Source: an uncultured Chloroflexia bacterium (GTDB lineage: Bacteria > Chloroflexota > Anaerolineae > Anaerolineales > UBA4823). Taken from it: a stretch of 64,000 nucleotides of DNA. The notes beneath the pieces were generated by a model that saw nothing but the letters and a program-made list of their open reading frames with translations, had not been told where the DNA came from and did no database searches. Below are positions 1-7,399 of the stretch, one piece after another (position 1 is the first letter of the stretch; each line of letters begins with the position of its first letter). The stretch is from NCBI GenBank assembly GCA_963842455.1, contig CAWJHE010000006.1, positions 357,624-421,623 on the forward strand, read 5' to 3'. Position numbers and translations under genes: made by a program.

Positions 1-906
1 AATGCTCTCCAGGTAGGAACGCAGATTGATCGCCAGGTCTGCCAGGTTTTCGGAAAGGGCTTGCGCCGAATCGGATAGAGGCGCCTGGGAAGGATCGATG
101 CGCGCCAGGTGCGATAAAGCCTGCACAACCTGACCGAACAGGTCGCTCACCGGTGGGCTTTCTGGGTTGCCTTCATCCAGGATGAGCAGCGCTTCCTGGG
201 AGAGCGAAGCCAGGTTCTCAGCGTTGGCCAGGCGGTTGCGCTCCTCGCGCAGCTGCTCTTCCTCATCCGGCTTAAGCTGGGTAGATTCGATTTCATTAAT
301 CTGGTAACTGAGCATGTCACTGCGTCGGGCGGCGTCTTGTTCTGCTTCCCGGATCCTGTGCAATTCCTTCTGCACCTGCTGCATGCGCTGGTAAGCCTTT
401 CGGTAGGCGTTCAACTGAGCTTCCAGGCCGAGCTCCGGATCGGTGATGGCATAGCGATCCAACAATCCCAGGTGCTGGTTGACTCGCAGCAGCGATAGGT
501 GCTCAGATTGCCCGTGCAGATCGACCAAAAATTCACCAAGCTCCTTGAGTAAGGAAACGCTGACGCTGCGCCCATTGATGCGGGCGACATTCCTGCCGGT
601 CAGACGAATTTCGCGCCCGAGGGTCAGGGAATTCTTATCCTCTAGTAGATCCTCACGCTCCAGGATGGCCAGGATTTGCTCTCGGGAAGTCGCGGGGATT
701 TTGAAAACAGCCTCGATGCTGGCGCGTTCAGCGCCGGCGCGCACCTGCACCGATTCGGCGCGTCCGCCTAAAACCGTCTCCACCGCGTCGATGATGATCG
801 ATTTTCCCGCGCCGGTCTCACCGGTGAAGGTAGTCAAACCAGAACCCAATTCCAATTCCAGGTTTTCGATAATGGCGAAGTTTTCGATGCGCAGCTCAAG
901 TAACAT
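1..906 (-). CDS. recN: DNA repair protein RecN, N-terminal ~300 codons (3' end lies outside the window)
   Basis: Own minus-strand translation from ATG 906-904: MLLELRIENFAIIENLELELGSGLTTFTGETGAGKSIIIDAVETVLGGRAE... (Walker A GETGAGKS). The frame is open to position 1. It is not in the ORF track because there is no stop codon in the window. Confidence 0.85.
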   Translation of the reverse strand, partial: MLLELRIENFAIIENLELELGSGLTTFTGETGAGKSIIIDAVETVLGGRAESVQVRAGAERASIEAVFKIPATSREQILAILEREDLLEDKNSLTLGREIRLTGRNVARINGRSVSVSLLKELGEFLVDLHGQSEHLSLLRVNQHLGLLDRYAITDPELGLEAQLNAYRKAYQRMQQVQKELHRIREAEQDAARRSDMLSYQINEIESTQLKPDEEEQLREERNRLANAENLASLSQEALLILDEGNPESPPVSDLFGQVVQALSHLARIDPSQAPLSDSAQALSENLADLAINLRSYLESI

Positions 907-1430
907 TACTTAATTTGGATGCCTTTCAGGCGATAGTAAATGGTGGATGTGATCGTGAACAGGTACAGACCTTGCCAGATCAAGCGCCAAAGCACGCTGA
1001 GAAAGCTGGCGCCCGCGACCATGTAGTACAACAATTGCAGCACCATGGGCAGCGCTCCCAGCACGGCAGCCAGGGCGGCAATCTGGAACAGGCGCTTGCC
1101 CCGGCGGCGTTTGGTGATCCAGCGGATGGCTTCGGCAATACCCACTCCGGCAATCGGCGCCAGAAAAATGGTGAAAAAGCCCAGGCTGGGGATCAGGCGG
1201 CTGCCTATATAGGAAAGGATCAGGATGGTAAAAAAGGTCAGCGGATAATCGTACCAGTAAGCGGTCTCAAATATTTTCTGCTGGCGGTTCATGCATTCTT
1301 TGCAACTATAACCCGTAGGGGTCAGTACGGCGCATTTGGGGCAGATAAGCTTTTCGCAAGTTTTACAGCGTAAGCTGGTTTCGACTGTTGGGTGGTTGGC
1401 GCAATAAAGGGTGGGTGGTGTGTCGCTCAT
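906..1430 (-). CDS. B-box-type zinc-finger membrane protein (hypothetical)
   Basis: 174-aa ORF with an N-terminal Cys/His cluster (CANHPTVETSLRCKTCEKLICPKCAVLTPTGYSCKEC) followed by about 4 hydrophobic helices. ATGA overlap with nadK and TAATG overlap with recN. Confidence 0.6.
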   Translation of the reverse strand: MSDTPPTLYCANHPTVETSLRCKTCEKLICPKCAVLTPTGYSCKECMNRQQKIFETAYWYDYPLTFFTILILSYIGSRLIPSLGFFTIFLAPIAGVGIAEAIRWITKRRRGKRLFQIAALAAVLGALPMVLQLLYYMVAGASFLSVLWRLIWQGLYLFTITSTIYYRLKGIQIK

Positions 1431-2299
1431 CGAAAATTTCCTGTGGATGGGTTTTGACTCATATGAGGGGTAAGGTTACGATAAAAATATCCGGGATCTT
1501 GGAAACGCAGGAATTTGGCGGTATGCTCGCTGGCAGATACCTCGACCCGGTCGCCATCAGCCAGGCCGATCGGGACCTGACCATCGGGAGAGAGCACCGC
1601 CTGGTGATCGGTTTGCACGGTGATATTCACCGAAGAACCTTCCGGTAAAACAATCGCCCGGTCCACCGATAGATGGGGAGCAACCGCCACCAGGAGGATA
1701 TTGCGCAGCTCTGGCGGCAGGATCGGACCACCGGCAGCCAGGGCATAGGCCGTGGAGCCGGTCGCTGTTGAAGCGATCAAGCCATCGGCAACATACGTGG
1801 TCAGGTGTCTGCCGTCCAGGTGGACGCTCAGATGCACCGGTCGCACAATATGACCGCGTGATACCACAATCTCATTCAAAACATGCCAGACTCCCAGGCG
1901 TTCGCCGGTGCGCCATTGTTCGGCGCGCAGCATCATGCGTTTCTCGAGCCAATACTCGCCCTCTAAAAGCTGGGGAAGTACTTCCCGCCATTGATCCTGG
2001 CGGATTTCCATCAGAAATCCAAACCGTCCCATATTGATCCCCAGGATGGGGATGCCTAGAGGACCGCATAAATGCCCGGCGCGCAGCATGGTGCCGTCTC
2101 CACCCAAGGAAATGAACAGATCGAATTCGCCTTCTTTCACCCGGCGGCGTAAGGCTTCATCTGAGAGCGAGCCGTGGTGAGTTGAAAAGCCATGTTCCTC
2201 GAGCAGGGCGGCGATTTTTTCCGCTTCCTGGAAACCCTCTTTAATCTGCGGGTGAGCAGCAACGACGATAGAGTGAAATGAGCTTGTTTTATCTGGCAT
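1427..2299 (-). CDS. nadK: NAD+ kinase
   Basis: 290-aa ORF with the GGDGTMLRA motif and NAD kinase-like sequence throughout. Confidence 0.9.
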   Translation of the reverse strand: MPDKTSSFHSIVVAAHPQIKEGFQEAEKIAALLEEHGFSTHHGSLSDEALRRRVKEGEFDLFISLGGDGTMLRAGHLCGPLGIPILGINMGRFGFLMEIRQDQWREVLPQLLEGEYWLEKRMMLRAEQWRTGERLGVWHVLNEIVVSRGHIVRPVHLSVHLDGRHLTTYVADGLIASTATGSTAYALAAGGPILPPELRNILLVAVAPHLSVDRAIVLPEGSSVNITVQTDHQAVLSPDGQVPIGLADGDRVEVSASEHTAKFLRFQDPGYFYRNLTPHMSQNPSTGNFR

Positions 2300-2314
2300 A
2301 ACTGTCCAATTATA

Positions 2315-2827
2315 TTACAGAAGTTTCTGATCGCAGATGTTGCGATAACCGCACCCGCCGCAGCGCTGGCTGGATTCATGCGAGCGAGCAATGTTTTTGC
2401 GACGCTCTTTGCTGTGCAGCTCTTCCAGGAGATCCATGACCAGGCTTTCAAGCTGGGGGGTGAAGTCGATGGCAAAAGTGTGCGTGGGATAGTGCAAAAT
2501 ACCGTAGGCGGGTCTTTTGCCGTAGTGGCGCTGCACCAGCAGGCAATAGGCTGCCAGCTGGTAAATATGGGCATCGTAAGGCGCTGAGCTGACCCGGTTG
2601 GATTTGACTTCGACAGGGATGATCTGCCCGCCGTGTTCCACCAGGTAATCCGGGCGGCCCACCAGGCCAAGCTCTGCATCGTATAACGGCTGCTCAACAG
2701 CACCCCACTTGGATGTGTCGCTGGTGATAATCCTGCCAGCTGGCAAGCCCAAAGATTGGCGCTGACGGCGTGCTTGCCACAGGATAACCAGGGCGATCAG
2801 GATGAGCAGGGCAGCCAGGTAGAGCAT
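2315..2827 (-). CDS. Cas4/RecB-like PD-(D/E)XK nuclease, C-terminal part, with an N-terminal TM helix
   Basis: Motifs RPDYLV, IPVEVKS and YQLAAY, plus C-terminal CGGCGYRNIC. Hydrophobic N-terminus MLYLAALLILIALVILW. Confidence 0.6.
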   Translation of the reverse strand: MLYLAALLILIALVILWQARRQRQSLGLPAGRIITSDTSKWGAVEQPLYDAELGLVGRPDYLVEHGGQIIPVEVKSNRVSSAPYDAHIYQLAAYCLLVQRHYGKRPAYGILHYPTHTFAIDFTPQLESLVMDLLEELHSKERRKNIARSHESSQRCGGCGYRNICDQKLL

Positions 2828-2848
2828 GAGGATTTTAGCCTGCCTTTT

Positions 2849-3085
2849 TTAGATGGCCTGGGAGGTGAAGTAAATGGTGATCAGGATGATGGCCAGCCCA
2901 AGCAAAACAAAAGCCAGGATGGACAGGCAACCGCTTTGCATAGCGGCGCGGCCATGCTGGTAGTGGAACTCGCTGCCCTCGACCATAGCAGCCAGGTTTT
3001 CCGAGGGCTCGCCGCGTTTTTGATACCACCAGGCGCGCTGGCAGTAAAGATAGGTCCCGATTTCGGATGCCCGGATGGTGCGCAT
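2849..3085 (-). CDS. Cas4-like N-terminal segment fused to a TM helix, in frame with the downstream nuclease ORF across one TAA
   Basis: ASEIGTYLYCQRAWWY..GSEFHYQHG matches the N-terminal Cys / G..H segment of Cas4-family nucleases. Followed by LSILAFVLLGLAIILITIYF. Confidence 0.5.
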   Translation of the reverse strand: MRTIRASEIGTYLYCQRAWWYQKRGEPSENLAAMVEGSEFHYQHGRAAMQSGCLSILAFVLLGLAIILITIYFTSQAI

Positions 3086-3096
3086 AGGTTATCTGC

Positions 3097-3723
3097 TTAC
3101 AGTCTTTCTTCGAGCTGCTTCAGGCTCTTTTCCAGTTGTTCCTGGCGCAGGCTGATGGTCAGATCGCCACGCGTGCGCTCGGTGACGCCGCGTACCATAT
3201 CGGTCAGGCGCCTCAAACCATCCGTGATGGCGTCCGGGTAGTCCATGGTGATCAGCACGGCGTAGATATCGTCCATGTAGCTTAGCATGCGTTCGGCTTC
3301 CTTGGAATGCCCGTGGCGCAGGATATCCAGGCAGCGGCGGCGCAGCTCACCAGCAGCTTCTGCCAGGCCGCGCAGGTAGGTGGCATGTTCCAGCGCTAAT
3401 TGCTCCGGATCAGGCAGGGTGTCGTCCAGCACCAGAGAATAGACAATATTGGCTTCGGCAAATTCCTTGAGGGCGTCCTGGGTATAACCGGTATAGTAAA
3501 GATCCGGGTATTCAGCCAGCTCGGTGTGCAAGGTCGTTACCAGGGATTTGGCTTGTGCAAGGTTTTCCAGGGCGAGATCGCGTTCTTCGCGGTGCACGGC
3601 GCGGATAGCATTGGCGCAATAGCGGATCAAGGTGCGGGTTTGGGAAAGGGCGCGTTCGCGCGCCGCGGTGCGGGCGTCAAAAGTGAGGCGGATTCGATCG
3701 GCAATTTCTTCGATATGATGCAT
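3097..3723 (-). CDS. translin-family protein
   Basis: ORF 3097-3840 trimmed to MHHIEEIADRI (ATG 3723). The C-terminal half (YLRGLAEAAGELRRRCLDILRHG..MDDIYAVLITMDYPDAIT..LRRLTDMVRGVTE) resembles the translin/TRAX fold. Confidence 0.55.
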   Translation of the reverse strand: MHHIEEIADRIRLTFDARTAARERALSQTRTLIRYCANAIRAVHREERDLALENLAQAKSLVTTLHTELAEYPDLYYTGYTQDALKEFAEANIVYSLVLDDTLPDPEQLALEHATYLRGLAEAAGELRRRCLDILRHGHSKEAERMLSYMDDIYAVLITMDYPDAITDGLRRLTDMVRGVTERTRGDLTISLRQEQLEKSLKQLEERL

Positions 3724-3730
3724 GGTTTTC

Positions 3731-4057
3731 CTATTCTGGGTTGGGTGGAGTGGGTGGGCGAAAGAGGTGCTCTGCCAGGGTGGTGTCGCCTGGCGCCTTG
3801 ATTTCGCCGAAAGCTGCCTCGTACCTGGCCAGATTTTCACTCAGGGCGCGCTGGAAGAGCTTGGCGCTGAGCGGCGACATGACGATGCGCGAGCTTACCC
3901 GGGCCTGGTTGGGTCCGGGGAGAATGTGCGCAAAGTCAAAAACCAGCTCAGAGACTGAGTGGGCAATGCGCACCAGGTTGACATATTCAACCGGCAAATC
4001 CGGGGGAATTTCCATTGGAGGCAGTTGCCCGGGGGGGCGAGGGGGTGTTTGGGTCAT
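3731..4057 (-). CDS. DUF3467-like small protein
   Basis: 108-aa ORF. The core YVNLVRIAHSVSELVFDFAHILPG resembles the DUF3467 family. Confidence 0.5.
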   Translation of the reverse strand: MTQTPPRPPGQLPPMEIPPDLPVEYVNLVRIAHSVSELVFDFAHILPGPNQARVSSRIVMSPLSAKLFQRALSENLARYEAAFGEIKAPGDTTLAEHLFRPPTPPNPE

Positions 4058-4075
4058 AGACTCTCCATGATTTTA

Positions 4076-4172
4076 CTTTTTTGATCTCTCGCAGAGCTCG
4101 AAGCATCGCTGTCATTGCGAACAATTTTTGTGAAGCAATCTGATCTCTCGCAGAGCCGCAGAGAGCGCAGAG
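4076..4172 (+). repeat. Dispersed intergenic repeat, copy A (two CGCAGAG heads plus the cattgcgaac..gaagcaatc module)
   Basis: ttttttgatctctcgcagagc at 4077-4097, gtcattgcgaacaatttttgtgaagcaatc at 4111-4140, and tgatctctcgcagagccgcagagagcgcagag at 4141-4172. Same motifs as at 6.9, 13.7, 14.6, 16.5 and 55.2 kb. Confidence 0.8.
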
Positions 4173-4187
4173 TTATTCTGTTTTGAA

Positions 4188-4227
4188 AACAAGGGCGACT
4201 ACGCCATCTTGTGCAGTCGCCCTTGTT
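4188..4227 (-). terminator. Probable intrinsic terminator of ssb
   Basis: 13-bp perfect stem aacaagggcgact / agtcgcccttgtt. On the minus strand the stem runs into UUGUUUUC, 19 nt after the ssb stop. Confidence 0.55.
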
Positions 4228-4245
4228 GGGTTGGTCAATCCCAGT

Positions 4246-4665
4246 CTAGAAGGGGATATCGTCCGAATCGGGACCGGACGAAGCGTGAGAGAACTCGTCT
4301 CCGCCGCCCATGTCCTCGCCGCGCGAGGATAGGAAGCGCACGGTTGAGGCGCTGACTTCAAAGGACGAGCCGCTGGTGCCATCCTGGCGGGTGTAGACGC
4401 GCGGCCCGCCTGTGGCGTTATCCACAACCAGACGCCCTTCTACCAGCACTTTGCTGCCTTTCTTCAGATATTGGTTGCAGACTTCAGCCATGCGTCCCCA
4501 TACCGAAACGCGGAACCAAATCGTCTCCTTGACCTGTTCGCCATTGGAGCCGGTGTATTGGCGGCTGGTGGCAACCGAAAAATTGGTCACGGCTTGCCCG
4601 CTAGGCGAATAACGCATTTCGGGGTCGCGGCCCAGGTTGCCTGCAATAATAATGGTGTGAAACAT
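4246..4665 (-). CDS. ssb: single-stranded DNA-binding protein
   Basis: 139-aa ORF with an OB-fold N-terminus (NLGRDPEMRY..TIWFRVSVWG) and an acidic tail ending DDIPF. Confidence 0.9.
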   Translation of the reverse strand: MFHTIIIAGNLGRDPEMRYSPSGQAVTNFSVATSRQYTGSNGEQVKETIWFRVSVWGRMAEVCNQYLKKGSKVLVEGRLVVDNATGGPRVYTRQDGTSGSSFEVSASTVRFLSSRGEDMGGGDEFSHASSGPDSDDIPF

Positions 4666-4837
4666 AATGGGTCTCCTTTTCTGGTTCCAGTGAGCTGCCA
4701 GTTTTTTTTACCGGACGAACGCCGTCCGGGGCAGGTTAAGATAGACTCACTGAGCTTATCTGGATTCTACTCAAGTTTGTAAGATGTGACAAGTCAATCC
4801 GGGGGAATCTATTGTACTTTGCAAAGAAGGCTCCAGA

Positions 4838-5131
4838 ATGTAGAACAAACTGTTAGTTTGTTATGTAGCACAAACTTTAGTTTGTTCCGCCAGCTAGCGA
4901 TTCGTTGCGACCGGTCGAACGGGTAATTTGCCTCCGGCAAATCCGCAAACTGAAGTTTGCGTTACATCCATGCGTAGTCAGGGCAGTATGTAGAACAAAC
5001 TGTTAGTTTGTTATGTAGCACAAACTTTAGTTTGTTCCGCCAGCTTTCGCTTTCGATCCGTTGCAACTGACGGAACGGGTAATTTGCCTCCGGCAAATCC
5101 GCAAACTGACAGTTTGCGTTACATCCATGCG
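4838..5131. repeat. Two tandem ~150-bp units rich in CAAACT..AGTTTG palindromes
   Basis: The 58-nt block 4838-4895 is identical to 4988-5045. The block 4917-4974 matches 5073-5131 apart from one extra c. Each unit contains aacaaactgttagtttgtt, cacaaactttagtttgt, atttgcctccggcaaat and gcaaactga(c)agtttgc. Confidence 0.9.
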
Positions 5132-5133
5132 CG

Positions 5134-5171
5134 GCCAGGCCCGTCGCTGGATAATCAACGACGGGCCTGGC
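5134..5171. other. 13-bp perfect stem-loop downstream of rnj (possible terminator, no clear U-tract)
   Basis: gccaggcccgtcg (5134-5146) pairs with cgacgggcctggc (5159-5171). Confidence 0.4.
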
Positions 5172-5213
5172 GGTTTGGGTTTACTGGTGCTTACAGGAAA
5201 ACGAGTGGTTCGT

Positions 5214-6869
5214 TTACACCTTAATAAAGTTAGGCAGAATCACCGGACGAGATTGGGTCTTGCGGTAGAAAAAGGTCTGCAGCCGTTCTTGCATAGCCAC
5301 CAAGGGATCTTGCGAACCCTTGCGGCCTTTTTGGCGGTAGCTGCGCCGGATTTCTTCCAGAGCGGCTTCCATCAGCTCATCGGCCTCATCCATGTGGGAG
5401 AAGCCGCGCGTGATGATATAAGGCTTACCAGCCAGCTTGCGCTGCTTGTTGATGGGGATATTGACCACCACCACGCCATCCTGCGCCAGTTGCCCCCGGT
5501 CAGCCAGGACGTGCTTGCCGATTTCGCCCACCTGGGGACCATCCACATACACATCCCCAGCTACGACGTTCTCATCCAGCCAGGCTTTATCGCCATCGCT
5601 GGACCATACTGCGCCGTTATGCAGGATGAAGGCATTCTCGGGCGCTAAACCGTTTTCTTGCGCCAGGCGGGTGTGCAAATGCAGGTGGCGCAACTCACCG
5701 TGTACCGGGATCAGGAAACGCGGCCGCACGGCTTCCAGCATCAGGCGCATGTCCTCGCGACTGCCGTGCCCGGAGACATGTACTGTCGCCAGCGGACCGT
5801 AGACCACGTCCGCGCCACGTGCAAACAGGCTGTTGAGCATGCGTCCCACGTCTTCTTCGTTGCCGGGGATGGTGCCACCGGAAACGATGATCTTATCGCC
5901 AGCCTTAACCTGGATTTGTTTGTGTTCGCCGTTCGCCATGCGGGTCAGCGCCGAACGCGGTTCGCCTTGCGAGCCAGTCGCCAGGATGATGAGCTGTTCG
6001 TCTTTCACCTTGTTGTTCAGGTCCACCAGCACGCCGGCGGGAACCTGCATCATGCCCAGGTCTCTGGCCAGCTCAACGTTGGAGAGCAGGCTGCGACCTG
6101 CCAGGGCTACCTTGCGCCCGTGCTTGTGCGCCAGGAAGATAATCTCTTGCAGGCGCGCCAGCAGGGAGGAGAAGGTGGCGATGATGATGCGCTGCCCTTT
6201 GGCTTTGCTGATCAATTCATCCAGGGTGTCGGCGACCAGCTGCTCGGTGGGTGTGCGTCCGGGACGGTCGGCATTGGTGCTGTCGCCCAGCATGGCCAGC
6301 ACACCTTTGGGGGTCAGCTGGCGCAGGCGCGCCAGGTCGGTGGTGCGCCCGCCGGAGGGGGTCTCATCCAGCTTATAGTCGCCGGTATGCACCACCGCGC
6401 CCAGGGGGGTGTCGATCACCAGCCCCAGGGAGCCTGGGATCGAATGCGCCACACCGAAGGGGTTGATGCGGAAAGGTCCCAGCTGGAAGCTGCTCTGGTC
6501 ATCAATCACCTGCAAATTGGCGTATTCACGCACGCCCATCTCATCCAGTTTCAATCCGAGCATACCCAGGGTCAGGGCGGTGCCGTAGACCGGCAGCCCG
6601 CCGGGGATATGCAATTGCTTCAGCAGGTACGGCAACCCGCCGATATGATCCTGGTGCCCGTGGGTTAGCACGATGCCGCGCAGGGTGTTCTGGTTTTGCA
6701 GGATGTAATCGAACTGGGGTAAAACCAGGTCGATGCCGTACAAATCGCTCTCGGGGAACATGACCCCGCAATCGACAATCATTTGGTTACGGCCATACTC
6801 TAAAACGGTCATATTCTTACCGATCTCCCCCAGGCCGCCCAGGGGAATAATTTTCAAATGCTTACTCAT
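5214..6869 (-). CDS. rnj: ribonuclease J
   Basis: 551-aa ORF. Metallo-beta-lactamase motif THGHQDHIGG, beta-CASP-like middle region, RNase J length and N-terminus (KIIPLGGLGEIGKNM). Confidence 0.9.
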   Translation of the reverse strand: MSKHLKIIPLGGLGEIGKNMTVLEYGRNQMIVDCGVMFPESDLYGIDLVLPQFDYILQNQNTLRGIVLTHGHQDHIGGLPYLLKQLHIPGGLPVYGTALTLGMLGLKLDEMGVREYANLQVIDDQSSFQLGPFRINPFGVAHSIPGSLGLVIDTPLGAVVHTGDYKLDETPSGGRTTDLARLRQLTPKGVLAMLGDSTNADRPGRTPTEQLVADTLDELISKAKGQRIIIATFSSLLARLQEIIFLAHKHGRKVALAGRSLLSNVELARDLGMMQVPAGVLVDLNNKVKDEQLIILATGSQGEPRSALTRMANGEHKQIQVKAGDKIIVSGGTIPGNEEDVGRMLNSLFARGADVVYGPLATVHVSGHGSREDMRLMLEAVRPRFLIPVHGELRHLHLHTRLAQENGLAPENAFILHNGAVWSSDGDKAWLDENVVAGDVYVDGPQVGEIGKHVLADRGQLAQDGVVVVNIPINKQRKLAGKPYIITRGFSHMDEADELMEAALEEIRRSYRQKGRKGSQDPLVAMQERLQTFFYRKTQSRPVILPNFIKV

Positions 6870-6893
6870 AAGTTGTGTTACAAATTTCCTTTA

Positions 6894-7005
6894 CTGATTA
6901 ATCTCTCGCAAAGCCGCTAAGGCCGCAAAGTTCTTCTTTAGAAATAATCTATCCCTCAGATCACTTTGCATGGCCGTCGCAGGGCGATGCGTTAATTTAC
7001 TATCT
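6894..7005 (+). repeat. Dispersed intergenic repeat, copy B
   Basis: ttaatctctcgcaaagccgctaaggccgcaaag followed by the tail gatcactttgcatggccgtcgcagggcgatgcg. A partial inverted head (ctttgcgaga) lies at 7146-7155. Confidence 0.7.
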
Positions 7006-7399
7006 AAACCTGGCGACGTTTGTCCTTTGCAGCAATCATACTGGCTGGCCAGGAAAATGGTTTGATCTAATGCCGGTGTGAGCCGGCGCACAACACCAAA
7101 ACATCACCCGCCGGATGCGGGAGCGTCTTTCTGAAGATTTCTGAAAACTTTGCGAGACAGGGAGGTCGAGCGGGGAAGTCAGAGGCTTGCAGTGAGGCGT
7201 GATGTGTGTTAGTGAGGATATGATAACACAAAATAGATAAGAATGGTAGGAGATTATTTTATTAATTATTCTTTATAAAAATACAGCAATTATTTAAGAT
7301 TAGTTAGTGTAAACTATTTTCTGTAAAATTATCCGCCCAAAAGTGATAGGTCTGGTGTATCCTTTGAGAAGCGACCAACTTCAGAAAAGGAGTGACACC

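Noticed and set aside
479-913. 144-aa plus-strand ORF (and 915-1373 +) at the left end of the window.
   Set aside because: It lies antisense to a clear RecN N-terminus (and to the B-box membrane protein). The sequence is low-complexity and Arg/Ser-rich, typical of shadow ORFs.
4418-4426. Perfect DnaA box TTATCCACA.
   Set aside because: It is a single occurrence inside the ssb coding sequence. There is no cluster of boxes or AT-rich unwinding element, and no dnaA or dnaN nearby.
4700-4730. 7-bp hairpin ccggacg/cgtccgg next to a T8 run in the ssb 5' region, considered as a terminator.
   Set aside because: The T-run precedes the hairpin on the plus strand and becomes an A-run after it on the minus strand, so it is not a canonical intrinsic terminator in either direction.
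4838-5131. Possible CRISPR array (repeats with hairpin potential).
   Set aside because: There are only two units, and the 'spacer' parts are themselves largely conserved between units. The unit length is 150 bp and no cas genes are nearby (the Cas4-like gene at 2.3-3.1 kb has no array next to it).
5658-6668. 336-aa plus-strand ORF, plus several others, inside the rnj region.
   Set aside because: It is antisense to the well-conserved RNase J gene, has no motifs, and its composition is typical of GC-rich shadow frames.
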